DNA of 63,196 nt, filler included, from Octopus bimaculoides (Eukaryota): NCBI RefSeq assembly GCF_001194135.2. It is 6 parts of 6 records of this genome, joined end to end, with 100 filler letters (N's around TTAATTAATTAA, not from the genome) between each part and the next. Parts side by side here need not be neighbours in the genome. Positions count along the whole stretch, not along the records: positions 1 to 27,139 come from NC_069006.1; 5 more parts are not named here. The stretch is one strand, 5' to 3'. The position numbers and the translations under genes are program-made. The notes beneath the pieces were generated by a model. The model worked only from the letters and a program-made list of their open reading frames with translations. It ran no database searches and had not been told where the DNA came from. Below are positions 1-10,785 of this stretch, piece by piece. Positions within the stretch are counted from its first letter, which is position 1; every line of letters starts with the position of its first letter.

Positions 1-20
1 GGGGGGGGGGGTTAGTTATT

Positions 21-230
21 GTGGTTATAGCAGTACAAGATGTAGTGGTGATGGTGGTGGTAGTAGTAGTAGTAGTAGCAGTTGTAATAGTAGCAGTAGT
101 AATAATAATAGTAGTAGTAGTAACAGTACTAATAGTAGTAGTAGTAGTAGTAACAGTAGTAGTGGGGGTAGTAATAGCAGTAGTAGTAGAAAAAAATAGT
201 AGTTGTAGTAATAATACTAGTAGCAGTCAA
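21..230. repeat. Imperfect (GTA)n/(TAA)n trinucleotide microsatellite
   Basis: Visible tagtagtag runs; explains the poly-Val ORF 21..281. Confidence 0.9.
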
Positions 231-299
231 ACCCCCAAAGAATTAAACAAGAGACAAGAAGAAGAAGACCAAGTCTTTTAAAGAATGAAGACTACTCAC

Positions 300-434
300 C
301 AAATTTTTGATTAGATTTTCTAATTCCTCTTTGGCTTGTTCCACAGCTTCCTTTTTGCCAATGACTGAGATAAGTTCAGGATCACTGTCATGTTCATTGG
401 GGAAAATCACTCTAGCACCAGTTTTTTCACGAAC
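300..434 (-). CDS. HDLBP: Vigilin exon 16 (KH9 C-part): VREKTGARVIFPNEHDSDPELISVIGKKEAVEQAKEELENLIKNL; gene continues beyond the window
   Basis: Matches human VRDSTGARVIFP...ELEALIQNL; ccttag| and |gtgagt; 135 nt. Confidence 0.96.
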
Positions 435-489
435 CTAAGGATAATAATAATAATAATAATAATAATAATGGATAATAACAACAACAATA

Positions 490-926
490 CCTTTTACTAC
501 AAGCACAAGGCCTGAAATTCGAGGGATGGGGGCCCAATTGACCAGTACATAATTGGTGCTTCTTTCAGCAACCCAGAAAGGATGAAAAGCAAAGTCAACC
601 ATGCCAGAATTTGAACCCAGAAAGTGAAGATGGACAAAATGTTACTTAGCATTTTTCCCAGCATGCTAATGATTCTGCCAGCTCGCTACCTTAATAATAA
701 TAATAATAATAATGGTTTCAAATTTTGCCACAAGGGCAGCAATTTTGGGGGAGGGGACTAGTTGATTACATCGACCCCAGTGTTCAACTGGTACTTATTT
801 TATTGACCCCGAAAGGATGAAAGGTAAAGTTGACCTTGGCAGAATTTGAACTCAGAACGTAAAGAGACAAAAAGCCACTAAACATTTTGCCAGGGGTGCT
901 AACAATCTGCCAGCATGATGCTTTCT

Positions 927-964
<38 letters not shown>

Positions 965-1385
965 CCTTTCTACTATAGGCACAAGACCTGAAATTTTGGG
1001 GGAGGGGACCAGTTGATTACATTGGTCCCAGTGTTTCACTGGTACTTATTTCACCGACACTGAAAAGATGAAAGGCAAAGTTGACCTTAGTGGAATTTGA
1101 ACTCAGAACATAGTGACAGGTGAAATACCACTAAGCATTTTGTCCAGTGTGCTAACGATTCTGCCAGCATGTTGCCTTCCTCAATAATAATAATAATAAT
1201 AATGATAATAATAATAATCCTTTCTATTATAGGCACAAAACCTGAAATTTTGGGTGAGAGGGCTTTGATCCTGAAAGGATGGAAACAAAGTCAACCCTCA
1301 CAGAATTTGAACTCAGAACGTAAAGATGGATGAAATACAGTTTAGCATTTTGTCTGGTGTGCTAACAATTCAGTCAGTTCTCGTT
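490..1385 (-). mobile_element. Four head-to-tail copies of a tRNA-derived SINE ('family A') separated by (TAA)n
   Basis: Repeated module cctttctact..cacaaggcctgaaatt..gtacttatttt..gaaaggatgaaaggcaaagttgacc..gaatttgaactcagaa..tgctaac at ~490-692, 716-925, 964-1180, 1218-1385. B-box GAGTTCAAATTC is on the minus strand. Confidence 0.85.
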
Positions 1386-2191
1386 ATCATTATAATAATA
1401 ATTCTAAATAAATAATCAGAAAATCTTAATGCACCTTTTGCTATATCTTGCATGTATATCACTTTGTATAACAACCACCAACAGTTCATATTGTTTGCCA
1501 AATGTTTGGCATTTTTGCTCTCCACTGTGAATGCTTTTGGAGAAAATAATTATCTCAAGCAAGACATTAAACTGCATCTAGAGGGAGTGGGCTGAATACT
1601 CCAGTCCAAGAATTCAAGGGTGTTGGAGAGTCAGGAATTACCGCTTAGTTACCACTACTCTGTTCTGGCCCCAGGGTGGTAATATCTCACAAAGGTTTTA
1701 GTCGTGAACCAAATAGCAGAAGATGGTCCTATGGCTAAAGTACAGCGAACTGAGGGGGTACAGACCCCCTAGATATGTGTTATACTGGTTCAGTATTGTG
1801 TGGACAAGCTTTGATGCCATGTGGACCAGTCCCCGTGGAAAGGTTAAAAAGCCCTGTACCTTTAGGAACAGCTCAGGAAGGCAGAAGGCTAGTAGAAGGA
1901 ACTAAGTAAACCAGCAGAAGGGGATGGTATCACTTGTTCCTGGAAAAATTACGAACCCTTAGACTTCGGTATGCAGGTCCATGATCGCTGACACTTGTAG
2001 GTAAGATCATATATACACATGTATGTGTTTGTGTGTGGGATCAGTGAATTTGATGTGTAGACAAACAAGAAGCCTTCTATATTTCTCTCATTTAATTACC
2101 GAACATATGATACCTGTTCAGCTTTTAAAAACTGGAAAAATGCCACAAAACACTAAAAACACACAAAAAATTAAGCCCAAAATTAACTCAC

Positions 2192-2278
2192 CTTCTTAAT
2201 TTTACTACCTCCGGTGCCAATGAGAAATTTATGGTAAGCTGGTTTTGCTCGAATGGTTGCTGTATAGCTGGACAATTG
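2192..2278 (-). CDS. HDLBP: Vigilin exon 15 (KH9 N-part): QLSSYTATIRAKPAYHKFLIGTGGSKIKK
   Basis: Matches human IRAKPEYHKFLIGKGGGKIRK; ttgtag| and |gtgagt; 87 nt. Confidence 0.96.
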
Positions 2279-2379
2279 CTACAAGAGAGAGAAAATGGTA
2301 AAAAAAAGAAATCTTTTAATTAGTAGAAAAACTATTTTAATCAAATCATTATTCTGGCTTATAAATCAGAAGTTAGTTT

Positions 2380-2610
2380 AATCTTTCAACATATAGATTA
2401 TTCTGTCAAATGTAATCCTGATTTATTCAAATTGCTTTAAATTAATCCTGCATTATCTCATAGCTTTGAGATTTTGCTGTGATTGTTTATTTTTAGAATG
2501 ACATTGTAGTGTAGGTATAAGAGGCCAGATCTGGTTGGTTTGAACATAAATCAGGGAGAATACTTGGGGCTGGATATGACTGGTTTAGATGATAGAGGGT
2601 TTAAAATATG
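2380..2610. mobile_element. piggyBac-like MITE copy (degenerate ends); near-identical to 3684-3830
   Basis: Same internal sequence as the intact copy at 4052-4254; 2443-2590 is nearly identical to 3684-3828. Confidence 0.65.
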
Positions 2611-2756
2611 GCAACAAAGTGAAATGTGTTGTTTTATGGCATAAAATCGGAGAGAAACTGCAGACCTCGGACATGGAGCAAAATCTACAATTCCTCAATT
2701 CAAAGTGGATTTTTTAATTGGTTTTTAATTTTACTATGGCTGGATATAGATACTGT

Positions 2757-3030
2757 AATTCATCCATTGTTGTCAATGATGACAAAGGACATCACATGGG
2801 AGAAGAAGACAAAGCACAGTGTGGGCATTCAGTCCGATGCGTGCTCAAAAGGCTCTGCTGCAGGTTGGCCATGGATGGTCTACAGGCACTGAAAGCAAGG
2901 GGTTGGCTCTGGACTTGTTTTCTTTGAGGCTCTGCAAGCCTGTTCTGTTTGTAGGTGGCACCTCTGTTGGTGCATCTTTGCAAGGCAGGGTGGTCTTGTG
3001 CTTGTGTTTTCCAGATGTTGGGGGTTGATC
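2757..3030 (-). mobile_element. RTE-BovB-like LINE 3' end relic
   Basis: Minus-strand translation INP.IWKTQAQDHPALQRCTNRGATYKQNRLAEPQRK...CPHC resembles the RTE-BovB C-terminus (WETLAQDR.AW...G...E..R). Homologous copy at 25915-26190. Confidence 0.55.
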
Positions 3031-3245
3031 TCTAAGTTAGTATTACATGTAGGAACGGAGGGAGGAGAGGAGAGAGGAGACGTAGTTATGGACTGGAGAA
3101 GAGACACAACTGTGGAGTAGGAGGGAAGGAGACGTAGCTGTTCAAATAAAAGACAAAGTAGAGGAGGAGTGAAGCATAGAGAAAGTTGTTTTAATATCAT
3201 TATTATTATTATTAATGTTGTTGTGCTTGTTGTTCCTTTTCCTAC

Positions 3246-3464
3246 CTTTTCACTTGTCAGTTCTCGCAGCTGTTTGCAAGCATTTTCTGCATCTTCTGGT
3301 GGTCCTCGAATCACGACTTTATCACAGGCACTTCCTTCAGGTGGGAAGCGGATATGTACACCACTGCAGTCATCTAAAATAGCGCGAATCAAACGGCCTT
3401 TGGCACCAATAATGGAATTGTGGAACTTTGATGGAATTTCAACAGTGATCTCTTTAATGTTAGC
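3246..3464 (-). CDS. HDLBP: Vigilin exon 14 (KH8): ANIKEITVEIPSKFHNSIIGAKGRLIRAILDDCSGVHIRFP...LTSEK
   Basis: Matches human IPAKLHNSLIGTKGRLIRSIMEECGGVHIHFP; tttcag| and |gtagga; 219 nt. Confidence 0.97.
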
Positions 3465-4051
3465 CTGAAAGAACAAAAAAAAAAAAATTAAAATTCTAAT
3501 TAAGTAATTATTATCCATTATACAATTCCAACCAGTCTAGCTCTATCCTATCACAATACACTCCAGAGGTCAGGAACCTCCACTTCCAAAAGCGTTTTCC
3601 CAGAAAGTCTCAATCTTAATCTAAACTCATTATGGCAACGTTTTTTAGCTAAGCTAGAAATAGCACCTATGTCTACCTCACGTTAATCCTGCATTATCTC
3701 ATAGCTTTGAGATTTTGCTGTGATTGTTTATTTTCAGAATGTCATTGTAGTGTAGGTATAAGAGGCCAGATCTGGTTGGTTTGAACATAAAATAGGGAGA
3801 ATATTTGGGCTGGATATGACTGGTTTGATATTCAAATTATTGTCAAATAACCCTTTAATATTCAAATTATTGTCAAATGTAATGCTTATCTACTTGTTTT
3901 CAGTTAATCTAGTATTATCCTGTAGCTTCAAGATTTCAACGATGTGATTGTTTATTCTCAGAATGACATTGCAGGGTAGGTGTGAGAGGTCTGATCTAGC
4001 CAGTTTAAATGCTAAAGGCCCAATTGTGGTGACATTAGATATTTTCTTTAA

Positions 4052-4254
4052 CCCTTTCGCATTCAGATTACTCTGTTAAATATAATGCTTATTTATTCCA
4101 ATTGTTTTCAATTAATCGTGCATTATCTTATTGCTTTAAGATTTCAATGATGTGATTGTTTAGTTTTAAAATGACATTGCAGGATAGGTGTGAGAGTCCA
4201 GATCAGACAGTGAGAATATTTTGGCTGGACATGGCTATTTTAAATGCTAAAGGG
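4052..4254. mobile_element. Intact piggyBac-like MITE (203 bp)
   Basis: TTAA-CCCTTTcGCATT ... AATGCTAAAGGG-TTAA: terminal inverted repeats with CCC/GGG ends and TTAA duplication (4048-51, 4255-58). Further partial copies at 3684-4020. Confidence 0.8.
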
Positions 4255-4338
4255 TTAATCCTTCAAACTAGGAATTAAAAAAGGATGGAAAATTATTTAA
4301 AATGAAATAATAATTTTGAGCACAAAACCGTTCCTTAC

Positions 4339-4470
4339 CAAATCCTTCTGGATTGCTTCGATCTTCTTCTTGGCCAGTTCCACATTGGCCTTCTTGCCAG
4401 TGATAATGATCATATCAGAATTCATATTCTCATGAGGTAACTCGATCCGAGTGTCAGTCTCATCACGAAT
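4339..4470 (-). CDS. HDLBP: Vigilin exon 13 (KH7 C-part): IRDETDTRIELPHENMNSDMIIITGKKANVELAKKKIEAIQKDL
   Basis: Matches human IREESNTKIDLPAENSNSETIIITGKRAN...IQKDL; ctgtag| and |gtaagg; 132 nt. Not in the ORF track. Confidence 0.96.
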
Positions 4471-5075
4471 CTACAGAAAGGAAAACCAAAAATCATTTCT
4501 CAGCAGAACCTGGGGAAGGGATTGAGTAGGTGGGGGGCCGGGACAAGGGAAGGGATTGAATAGGTGGGTGGGTGGGGAAGGGACTGAGTAGGTGGGTGGG
4601 TGCAGAGATATTGAAAAATTTTACAGGATCAGAGAGTTATTGGTTCTAATGGGTCAATCACAGATATTGATTTTACAACAGTAAGGGTAACAAGGGATTG
4701 TTTCTGCAACTCAGGTGGAACAAATATCACAAGGTGTGTGTGTGGGGGGGGGGGCAGTCCCAAAGCACTAAAGTATCAGTTTCTTTACCAGTGTTTGAAT
4801 CTTTTATTCATATATCCTCATCATCATCGTTTAACATCCATCTTTCATGCATGTACTGTTCCATTATTGACAGGACCAATGAAAAAATGTACCCATCATT
4901 TAATAAACACAAGATTTAAATGTGGGCTGCTGTAGGTTTCATCTGATAGCACAATGGTTGAAAGATTGTGCAACACACAGCACTCGATAGAAACTCGCTC
5001 AACTATTGTATTGTCAGAACATGAAACTTATAGAAGTAGCTCACATTTAAATCTCGTGCTTATTAAATATATATA

Positions 5076-5649
5076 CAGCAATCCCTCATGATATCATGGT
5101 TCACCTGTTATGGTTTATTATTTAAGCTTACGTCGATTCCTCCGTGGTGTTGTTTTGCATTTATAATAAAATAAATACATACAAATTCTCTTTACTCTTT
5201 TACTTGTTTCAGTGATTTGACTGCGACCATGCTGGAGCACTGCCTTTAGTCAAGCAAATCGATCTCAGGACTTATTCTTTGTAAGCCTAGTACTTATTCT
5301 ATCGGTCTCTTTTGCTGAACCGCTAGGTGACGGGAACATAAACACACCAGCATCAGTTGTCAAGCAATGCTAGGGGGATAAACACTGACACACACACACA
5401 CACACACACATACGACAGGCTTCTTTCAGTTTCCGTCTAGCAAATCCACTCACAGGGCTTTGGTCGGCCTGAGGCTATAGTAGAAGACACTTGACCAAGA
5501 TGCCACGCAGTGGGACTGAACCTGGAACCATGTGGTTGGTAAGCAAGTTACTTACCACAGCCACACCTGCGCCTGTTTCTACTTTGTGGATTTTCACCTA
5601 TTGCAGGGGTTTTTGGAATGTAACATCCATGGTAATTGAGGGATTACTG
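5076..5649. mobile_element. Tigger/pogo-like MITE interrupted by a SINE
   Basis: TA-CAGcAATCCCTCA ... TGAGGGATTACTG-TA; removing 5186-5575 leaves ~190 bp matching the uninterrupted copy at 6592-6781. Confidence 0.75.
5186..5575 (-). mobile_element. tRNA-derived SINE ('family B'), full length
   Basis: Minus-strand head aggcgcaggtgtggctgtggtaagta..GGTTCAGTCCC..ttggtcaagtgtcttctactatagcc, internal (GT)n, tail gaaacaagtaaaagag. Confidence 0.85.
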
Positions 5650-5922
5650 TATGTGTGTGTGTGTGTGTGTGTATAAATATATATACACACACAGAGTATA
5701 GGCTTCTACATAGTCTTCATTTATCAAGTTCAACTCACAAGGCTTTGTGAACCTGCAGTGATGGTAGAAAACATTTGCTCAAGATGTTGTGCAGCAGGAT
5801 TGGACTTGAATCACAGTTACAGAGCCAGCCTCCATGCCTGTACCTATATCATGTGTAATTAGTTAATTATCATTTTTTTTTAATGTGAGAGAGTGAGTGA
5901 GAGAGTAGGAGAGAGAAATTAC

Positions 5923-6009
5923 CTTTTTAATTGTGGCTCCACCTTTACCGATTATGTTTTTATGGAATTCCTTGAATATTTGAACCTGGGCTTGATAATT
6001 GTTGGTGAC
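5923..6009 (-). CDS. HDLBP: Vigilin exon 12 (KH7 N-part): VTNNYQAQVQIFKEFHKNIIGKGGATIKK
   Basis: Matches human IFKQFHKNIIGKGGANIKK; tctcag| and |gtaatt; 87 nt. Confidence 0.97.
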
Positions 6010-6281
6010 CTGAGAAAGAAAGATTGAATGCCAAGAAATATAAATAAATAAATAAATATAAATAAAGGAACATAAATAAATAAAAACACTGGGTTTCTGA
6101 TACGCCCACAAGCTTTATCAGATGGGATTAAATAAAGGTTGATCTGGATTATTCTGTATTATTGGTGAAAATAAACTCATGACAAATCCACACCTGGGCA
6201 AATTTCACAGGAATTCAGAGCTTCAAAAATATTGCAAAATGCATTAACAAACATGACATATACAAACATAAAAAAACTGAC

Positions 6282-6500
6282 CAGTTCTTGTTGGTATTGA
6301 CTGAGGTGTTGGTATGCTTTGTCGACATCGTTCTTTGGACCACGCAGAGTAACCACATCACTCTTCTTTCCAGCATCGGGGAAGCTGATCTGGACTTGAT
6401 TAAATTTATCCCTGATTTCCCGGATCTTCTCACCCCGAGCTCCGATAATGGTTTTGTGGAAGCGCTGTTCAATTATTATATCTCTGCTTTTTTCATTCTC
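6282..6500 (-). CDS. HDLBP: Vigilin exon 11 (KH6): ENEKSRDIIIEQRFHKTIIGARGEKIREIRDKF...QYQQEL
   Basis: Matches human ENERTKDLIIEQRFHRTIIGQKGERIREIRDKF; ctttag| and |gtcagt; 219 nt. Confidence 0.97.
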
Positions 6501-6591
6501 CTAAAGAAAGAAAGATTTAAAAAAAAGGGGCTGAAATTATTTTCTGGAAACCAAACATTTGATCTTAGATAAAATTCAGAAACTTTAATTA

Positions 6592-6781
6592 CAGTAATCC
6601 CTCGCCATATCGTGGTTCACCTATCACGGTTTATTATTTAAGCTTATGTTGATTCCTCTGTGGTGTGGTTTTGCAAATAATTAAGAAAAATATACAGTAC
6701 AGTACTGTTTCTACTTCGCAGATTTTCACCAATCGCGAGGGGTTTGGGAACATAACACCCACGATAGTCGAAGGATTATTG
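6592..6781. mobile_element. Tigger/pogo-like MITE (190 bp)
   Basis: TA-CAGTAATCCCTCG left end, degenerate cgaaggattattg right end. Confidence 0.7.
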
Positions 6782-7176
6782 TGTTTATAGAATAGTGCTG
6801 AGTAGTCCTTCAAGAGCACTATGATGTAGTGCAAAACTGCATTGTTTAGTAGAGGGTGGCACAGTGCAGCTCAGTGTAAGATGGTCAAATTTAAAGTAGT
6901 GTAGTGTGATGTGGAGTCATTCAGTATGGTTTATTATAGGGTAGTGTGGGGGTAGTTAAGTGTAATGCAATATTCTCAAGGATACTGTCAGTATTAATAG
7001 AAAACTCAATAGAGGCATTAGGAAGGGCATCCAGCCAGAAAAACCATTCCAAATCAGACAACTGGAGCCTGGATAGCACTTCGACTGGCCAGCTCTGGTC
7101 AAACCATCCAACATGGAAGACGGACATTAAAGGATGAAGATGACAATCACAGCTGTACACACACATACACACATGC

Positions 7177-7405
7177 GGCGAGTTGGCAGAAACGTTAGCA
7201 TGCCGGGTGAAATGCTTAGCGGTATTTCGTCTGCCGCTACGTTCTGAGTTCAAATTCCGCCAAGGTCGACTTTGCCTTTCATCCTTTCGGGGGTCGATTA
7301 AATAAGTACCAGTTACACACTGGGGTCGATATAATCGACTTAATCCGTTTGTCTGCCCTTGTTTGTCCCTCCTGTGTGTAGCCCCTTGTGGGTAGTAAAG
7401 AAATA
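7177..7405 (+). mobile_element. Family A SINE, plus strand, little diverged
   Basis: ggcgagttggcagaaacgttagc..GAGTTCAAATTCC..ggtcgactttgcctttcatcctttcggg. Confidence 0.85.
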
Positions 7406-7452
7406 ACACACACATTGAATAAAAATAAAAGAAGAGAGAAAAGAGCAGTTAC

Positions 7453-7592
7453 CATTCTCTGAGCCATTTCTAAGAGTTCTTGCTTGGCTCTTTGTACACC
7501 GTTTGGATCTCCCTCAATCCTAATAATGTTACTGTTGTCACTGTCTGATGGAATCTGAATAGCCACACCAGTCTCGTTTTTGATTCTAGAAA
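7453..7592 (-). CDS. HDLBP: Vigilin exon 10 (KH5 C-part): (I)SRIKNETGVAIQIPSDSDNSNIIRIEGDPNGVQRAKQELLEMAQRM
   Basis: Matches human NLIRIEGDPQGVQQAKRELLELASRM; gttcag| and |gtaact; 140 nt. Confidence 0.97.
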
Positions 7593-8799
7593 CTGAACAA
7601 ACAAACAAACAAATAAATAAACATGTAAATAAACAAAGAAAGACAGAAACAAACAAACAACGGCTGCTATTTATGATTGTAATTTTGTAATGAAAACTCT
7701 GATTTTCATGAAAGACTTTCTATAGCAAAAAATAGACAGATCAATAGTCAGTAGCTGTGTCAACATTGAAAATCCTGCAGGATCCAGGATAGGGCGCCAG
7801 TCCCTCACAATTGCTGAAGATATGTCTCTCTGCCCAAACCACACCTCTGCACCATTGACAGCCCAAATTTGGATGGTGAGACCTGTAAGCTCTCACAATA
7901 TATCCCTCACTAATTGATTTGGCTTGACATCAACAACCACCATCTTTTAACAGCAGGAACCTGTGTGTGTTTTTCCTTGAGGAGTTTTGTCCACCAGCAG
8001 GCATTCTCCATGGGCCCAGTTTCTAGCAAAAATTTGCCAGTTTGTCTGACCAAATTATTTATTTCAGGGCTGATCTCTGCACCTCATACCTTTCACAACT
8101 GACCTCGGCATCTAATGACCTTCACAACTCACTTCTGCACCTCATGACCTTCACAGCTGACCTATGTACCTCATGACCCAGCAAAGGGAAGATAATCACG
8201 TTCCCGCCTCAGGCACAAAATCTTTAAATAAACACATAATTCTAAATCTTTAACAAGAATTATGATCAGTATGAAGTTAAGGTGCTAGACAGTTAAACAC
8301 AAGGTTTACAAGATCAAACCTTGGTACAGCTACTGTTTTGGGTGCACTGTCGGCAAAGAACTGTAAGCATTGAACTTGCCTCAGTTTGCTTGCCTAACTA
8401 CAGGTTCTGTTAGAATTTCCCTTCCCCATCATCATGACTAAGTCAATAATTTCTAGCTCAAGGGCCACATTGTGTCAAACAAACACTGGAGCATGATGAA
8501 GTCTTGGGCCTATCGAATCCTGTCAAACTATCCAACTTATGCCAGAATGGAATATGAATGTTAAATAATAATAATAATAAATTCAAATTGCAAGAGAGAT
8601 CCCACTCAGAGATGCAAATACACACTTTCAAACACACATACATCTACACATGAACAAACACATGCACACACAGAGCTGCACCTGCATACATAAACACATC
8701 TACATATGCACTCACATCTACATGCAGACGCATACATCTTCACATGCACACACAACACACACACATCCCCACCCCCAAACATTGTCCTCCAACACTTAC

Positions 8800-8878
8800 T
8801 ATTTGCACCATTCTTCCCAATGATATGTTTGTGAAAGCGCTGATCAATTTCAATCTCAGCAAAAGCCATTCTTTTCCT
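8800..8878 (-). CDS. HDLBP: Vigilin exon 9 (KH5 N-part): RKRMAFAEIEIDQRFHKHIIGKNGAN+A
   Basis: Matches human IDHKFHRHLIGKSGAN; ttgcag| and |gtaagt; 79 nt, ends phase 1. Confidence 0.95.
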
Positions 8879-9164
8879 CTGCAAAACAAAATTACAAAAA
8901 ATAATTGATTCATTCATTAATTAAAATTTTTAAAAGTGAAAATAAAATACAAATAAAAATAAATCGTTGGAAACTTGTTTAAGTCATTCTTTGAAAAACC
9001 AAATTTTTTCATTGAAAATGTATTGTTGCTATCGATTGGTTTGGTCTTTAGAATATTCTGGATTGGTTTGGGAAATATGAATGAGAAGGAGACAGAGAGA
9101 GAAATGGTGGTGAGACAATTGGAACGTTTGGGTGAGAGAGAGAGAGAGTAATTATGTTAGCATA

Positions 9165-9580
9165 GGTGCAGGCATAGCTGTGTGGTAAGAAGTTTGCTTC
9201 CCAACCACATGGATCCAGGTTCAGTCCCACTCTGTGGCACCTTGGGCAAGTGCCTTCTGCTATGGTCTAGGAATGATCAAAGCTTTGAGAGATGATTTCA
9301 TAGACAGAAACTGAAAGAAGCCCATCATATGTGTGCATACATATGTGTGTGTGTGTGTGATTGTATGTGTCTTTGTGTCAGTGTTTGTCCCCCACTACCG
9401 CTTGACAACTGGTGTTGGTGTGGTTATATCCTTATAACTTAGCAGTTCAGCAAAATAGACCAATAGAATAAGTACCAAGCATTAAAAAAAAGTACTGAAC
9501 TTAATTCATTTGACTAAAATTCTTCAAGATTGTGCCCCAGCATGGCCATAGCTTAATGACTGAAACAAGTAAAAAATGAA
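9165..9580 (+). mobile_element. Family B SINE, plus strand (partial second copy at 9678-9810)
   Basis: aggtgcaggcatagctgtgtggtaagaagtttgcttcccaaccacatgg..GGTTCAGTCCC..ccttgggcaagtg..gaaacaagtaaaa. Confidence 0.8.
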
Positions 9581-10099
9581 AGATATGTGAAGGGAGTGGG
9601 GGGGGGGGACAGTAATGAAAGTGTTAAGAGTGTAAGCGTGCAAGAAAGAGAAAGTAAGTATTCATATTTGCATCAAGATGGCCGTGTGGTAAAGGAGTTA
9701 GCTTTCCACCCATGTGGTATTAGGTTCAGTTCCACTGCATGACACCCGGGGCAAATGTCCACCAGGCTGGTCAAAGTGTGGGGGGGTAAGATGGATTTGG
9801 TGGACAGAAGCTGAAACAAGCTGGCCATAGATGTGTGTGTGTGTGTGTGTGTATATGTATGCATATGTGAGAAAAGAGAGATAAAGACAGACAGAAACAA
9901 TGCAAAGAAGAGAGAGAGTGTGTGTGTGTGTGTGCAGACAGTTTGCATGATAAAGAGAATGTGTGGGTGTGTGTGTGTGTAAGAGTGAGAGAGAAGAGAG
10001 AAGACAACATGAACCTGTATATTATTCTGTGTGTGTGTGGGTCTCCCCCAGTAAATGAGTGAGTTTGTGAATAATAAGTGTGCGGCTGAACATACTTAC

Positions 10100-10204
10100 C
10101 AAATCCTCAATACACTCAGACAGTTTCTGGACACACTCTTCAACTTCATCAGGGGGTCCTTCAATGTTGATTTTGTCCTGCCCTTCAGTGAATTCAATGT
10201 GAAC
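10100..10204 (-). CDS. HDLBP: Vigilin exon 8 (KH4 C-half): VHIEFTEGQDKINIEGPPDEVEECVQKLSECIEDL
   Basis: Matches human VHIEFTEGEDKITLEGP; ctttag| and |gtaagt; 105 nt. Confidence 0.96.
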
Positions 10205-10785
10205 CTAAAGGAATTAAACGAAAAAAAAACAGTGGAGGAGGAGGAATAAAAATTAAGAACAACCAGTTTCATACATATGTATGCATGAATGTATGTATGT
10301 ATGTACATATCGTTGCTATTATGTTAAACTGTCATATGTCCAAATTTGGCCAAATGTTTTTTTGGTTTTTTTTCAATATTTAATTTTTCATGCAATAGCC
10401 AGTTCTTTTGGTCAAACTATCATACCTCCAGCTGCTTCAGATGAAAACTGTCAAAGTGTAGTAAGTCCCATATATGACAGTTTTGCAAAGATATTTCTGA
10501 CTGAAAATATCACATCTGAATGGAGTTACGATTTTATGCCTCCCAACAAAGTATTATTGTTAAGCTGAAACTGTTTCTAATCTAAAAAGAAATGGAATGA
10601 TGAAACTATTTTTTCATTTGCTGAAAAAGCAATGTTTTGGACTTACGACACTTTTGCATAATAGCAATGATATATATATACATATACATATATATATATG
10701 TATATTAATTATTAGTTACAAGAGCAATATTCTTTTCTATTCTGAGCACAAAGCCTGGAATTTTTTGGGGGGGGGGGCAGTCGAT

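Noticed and set aside
21-281. Hydrophobic poly-Val ORF
   Set aside because: Translation of a (GTA)n repeat in a vigilin intron.
490-1385. CRISPR-like array, or SINE A mobilised by the R4/Dong-like element
   Set aside because: Units are diverged Pol III SINEs with microsatellite spacers. SINE A is flanked by (ATT)n on its own strand, while the R4-like element is followed by (TAA)n on its own strand; the opposite polarity argues against that partnership.
2880-3518. 212-aa ORF as a standalone KH gene
   Set aside because: Only 3246-3464 is exon 14 of vigilin; the flanks are intron and an RTE relic.
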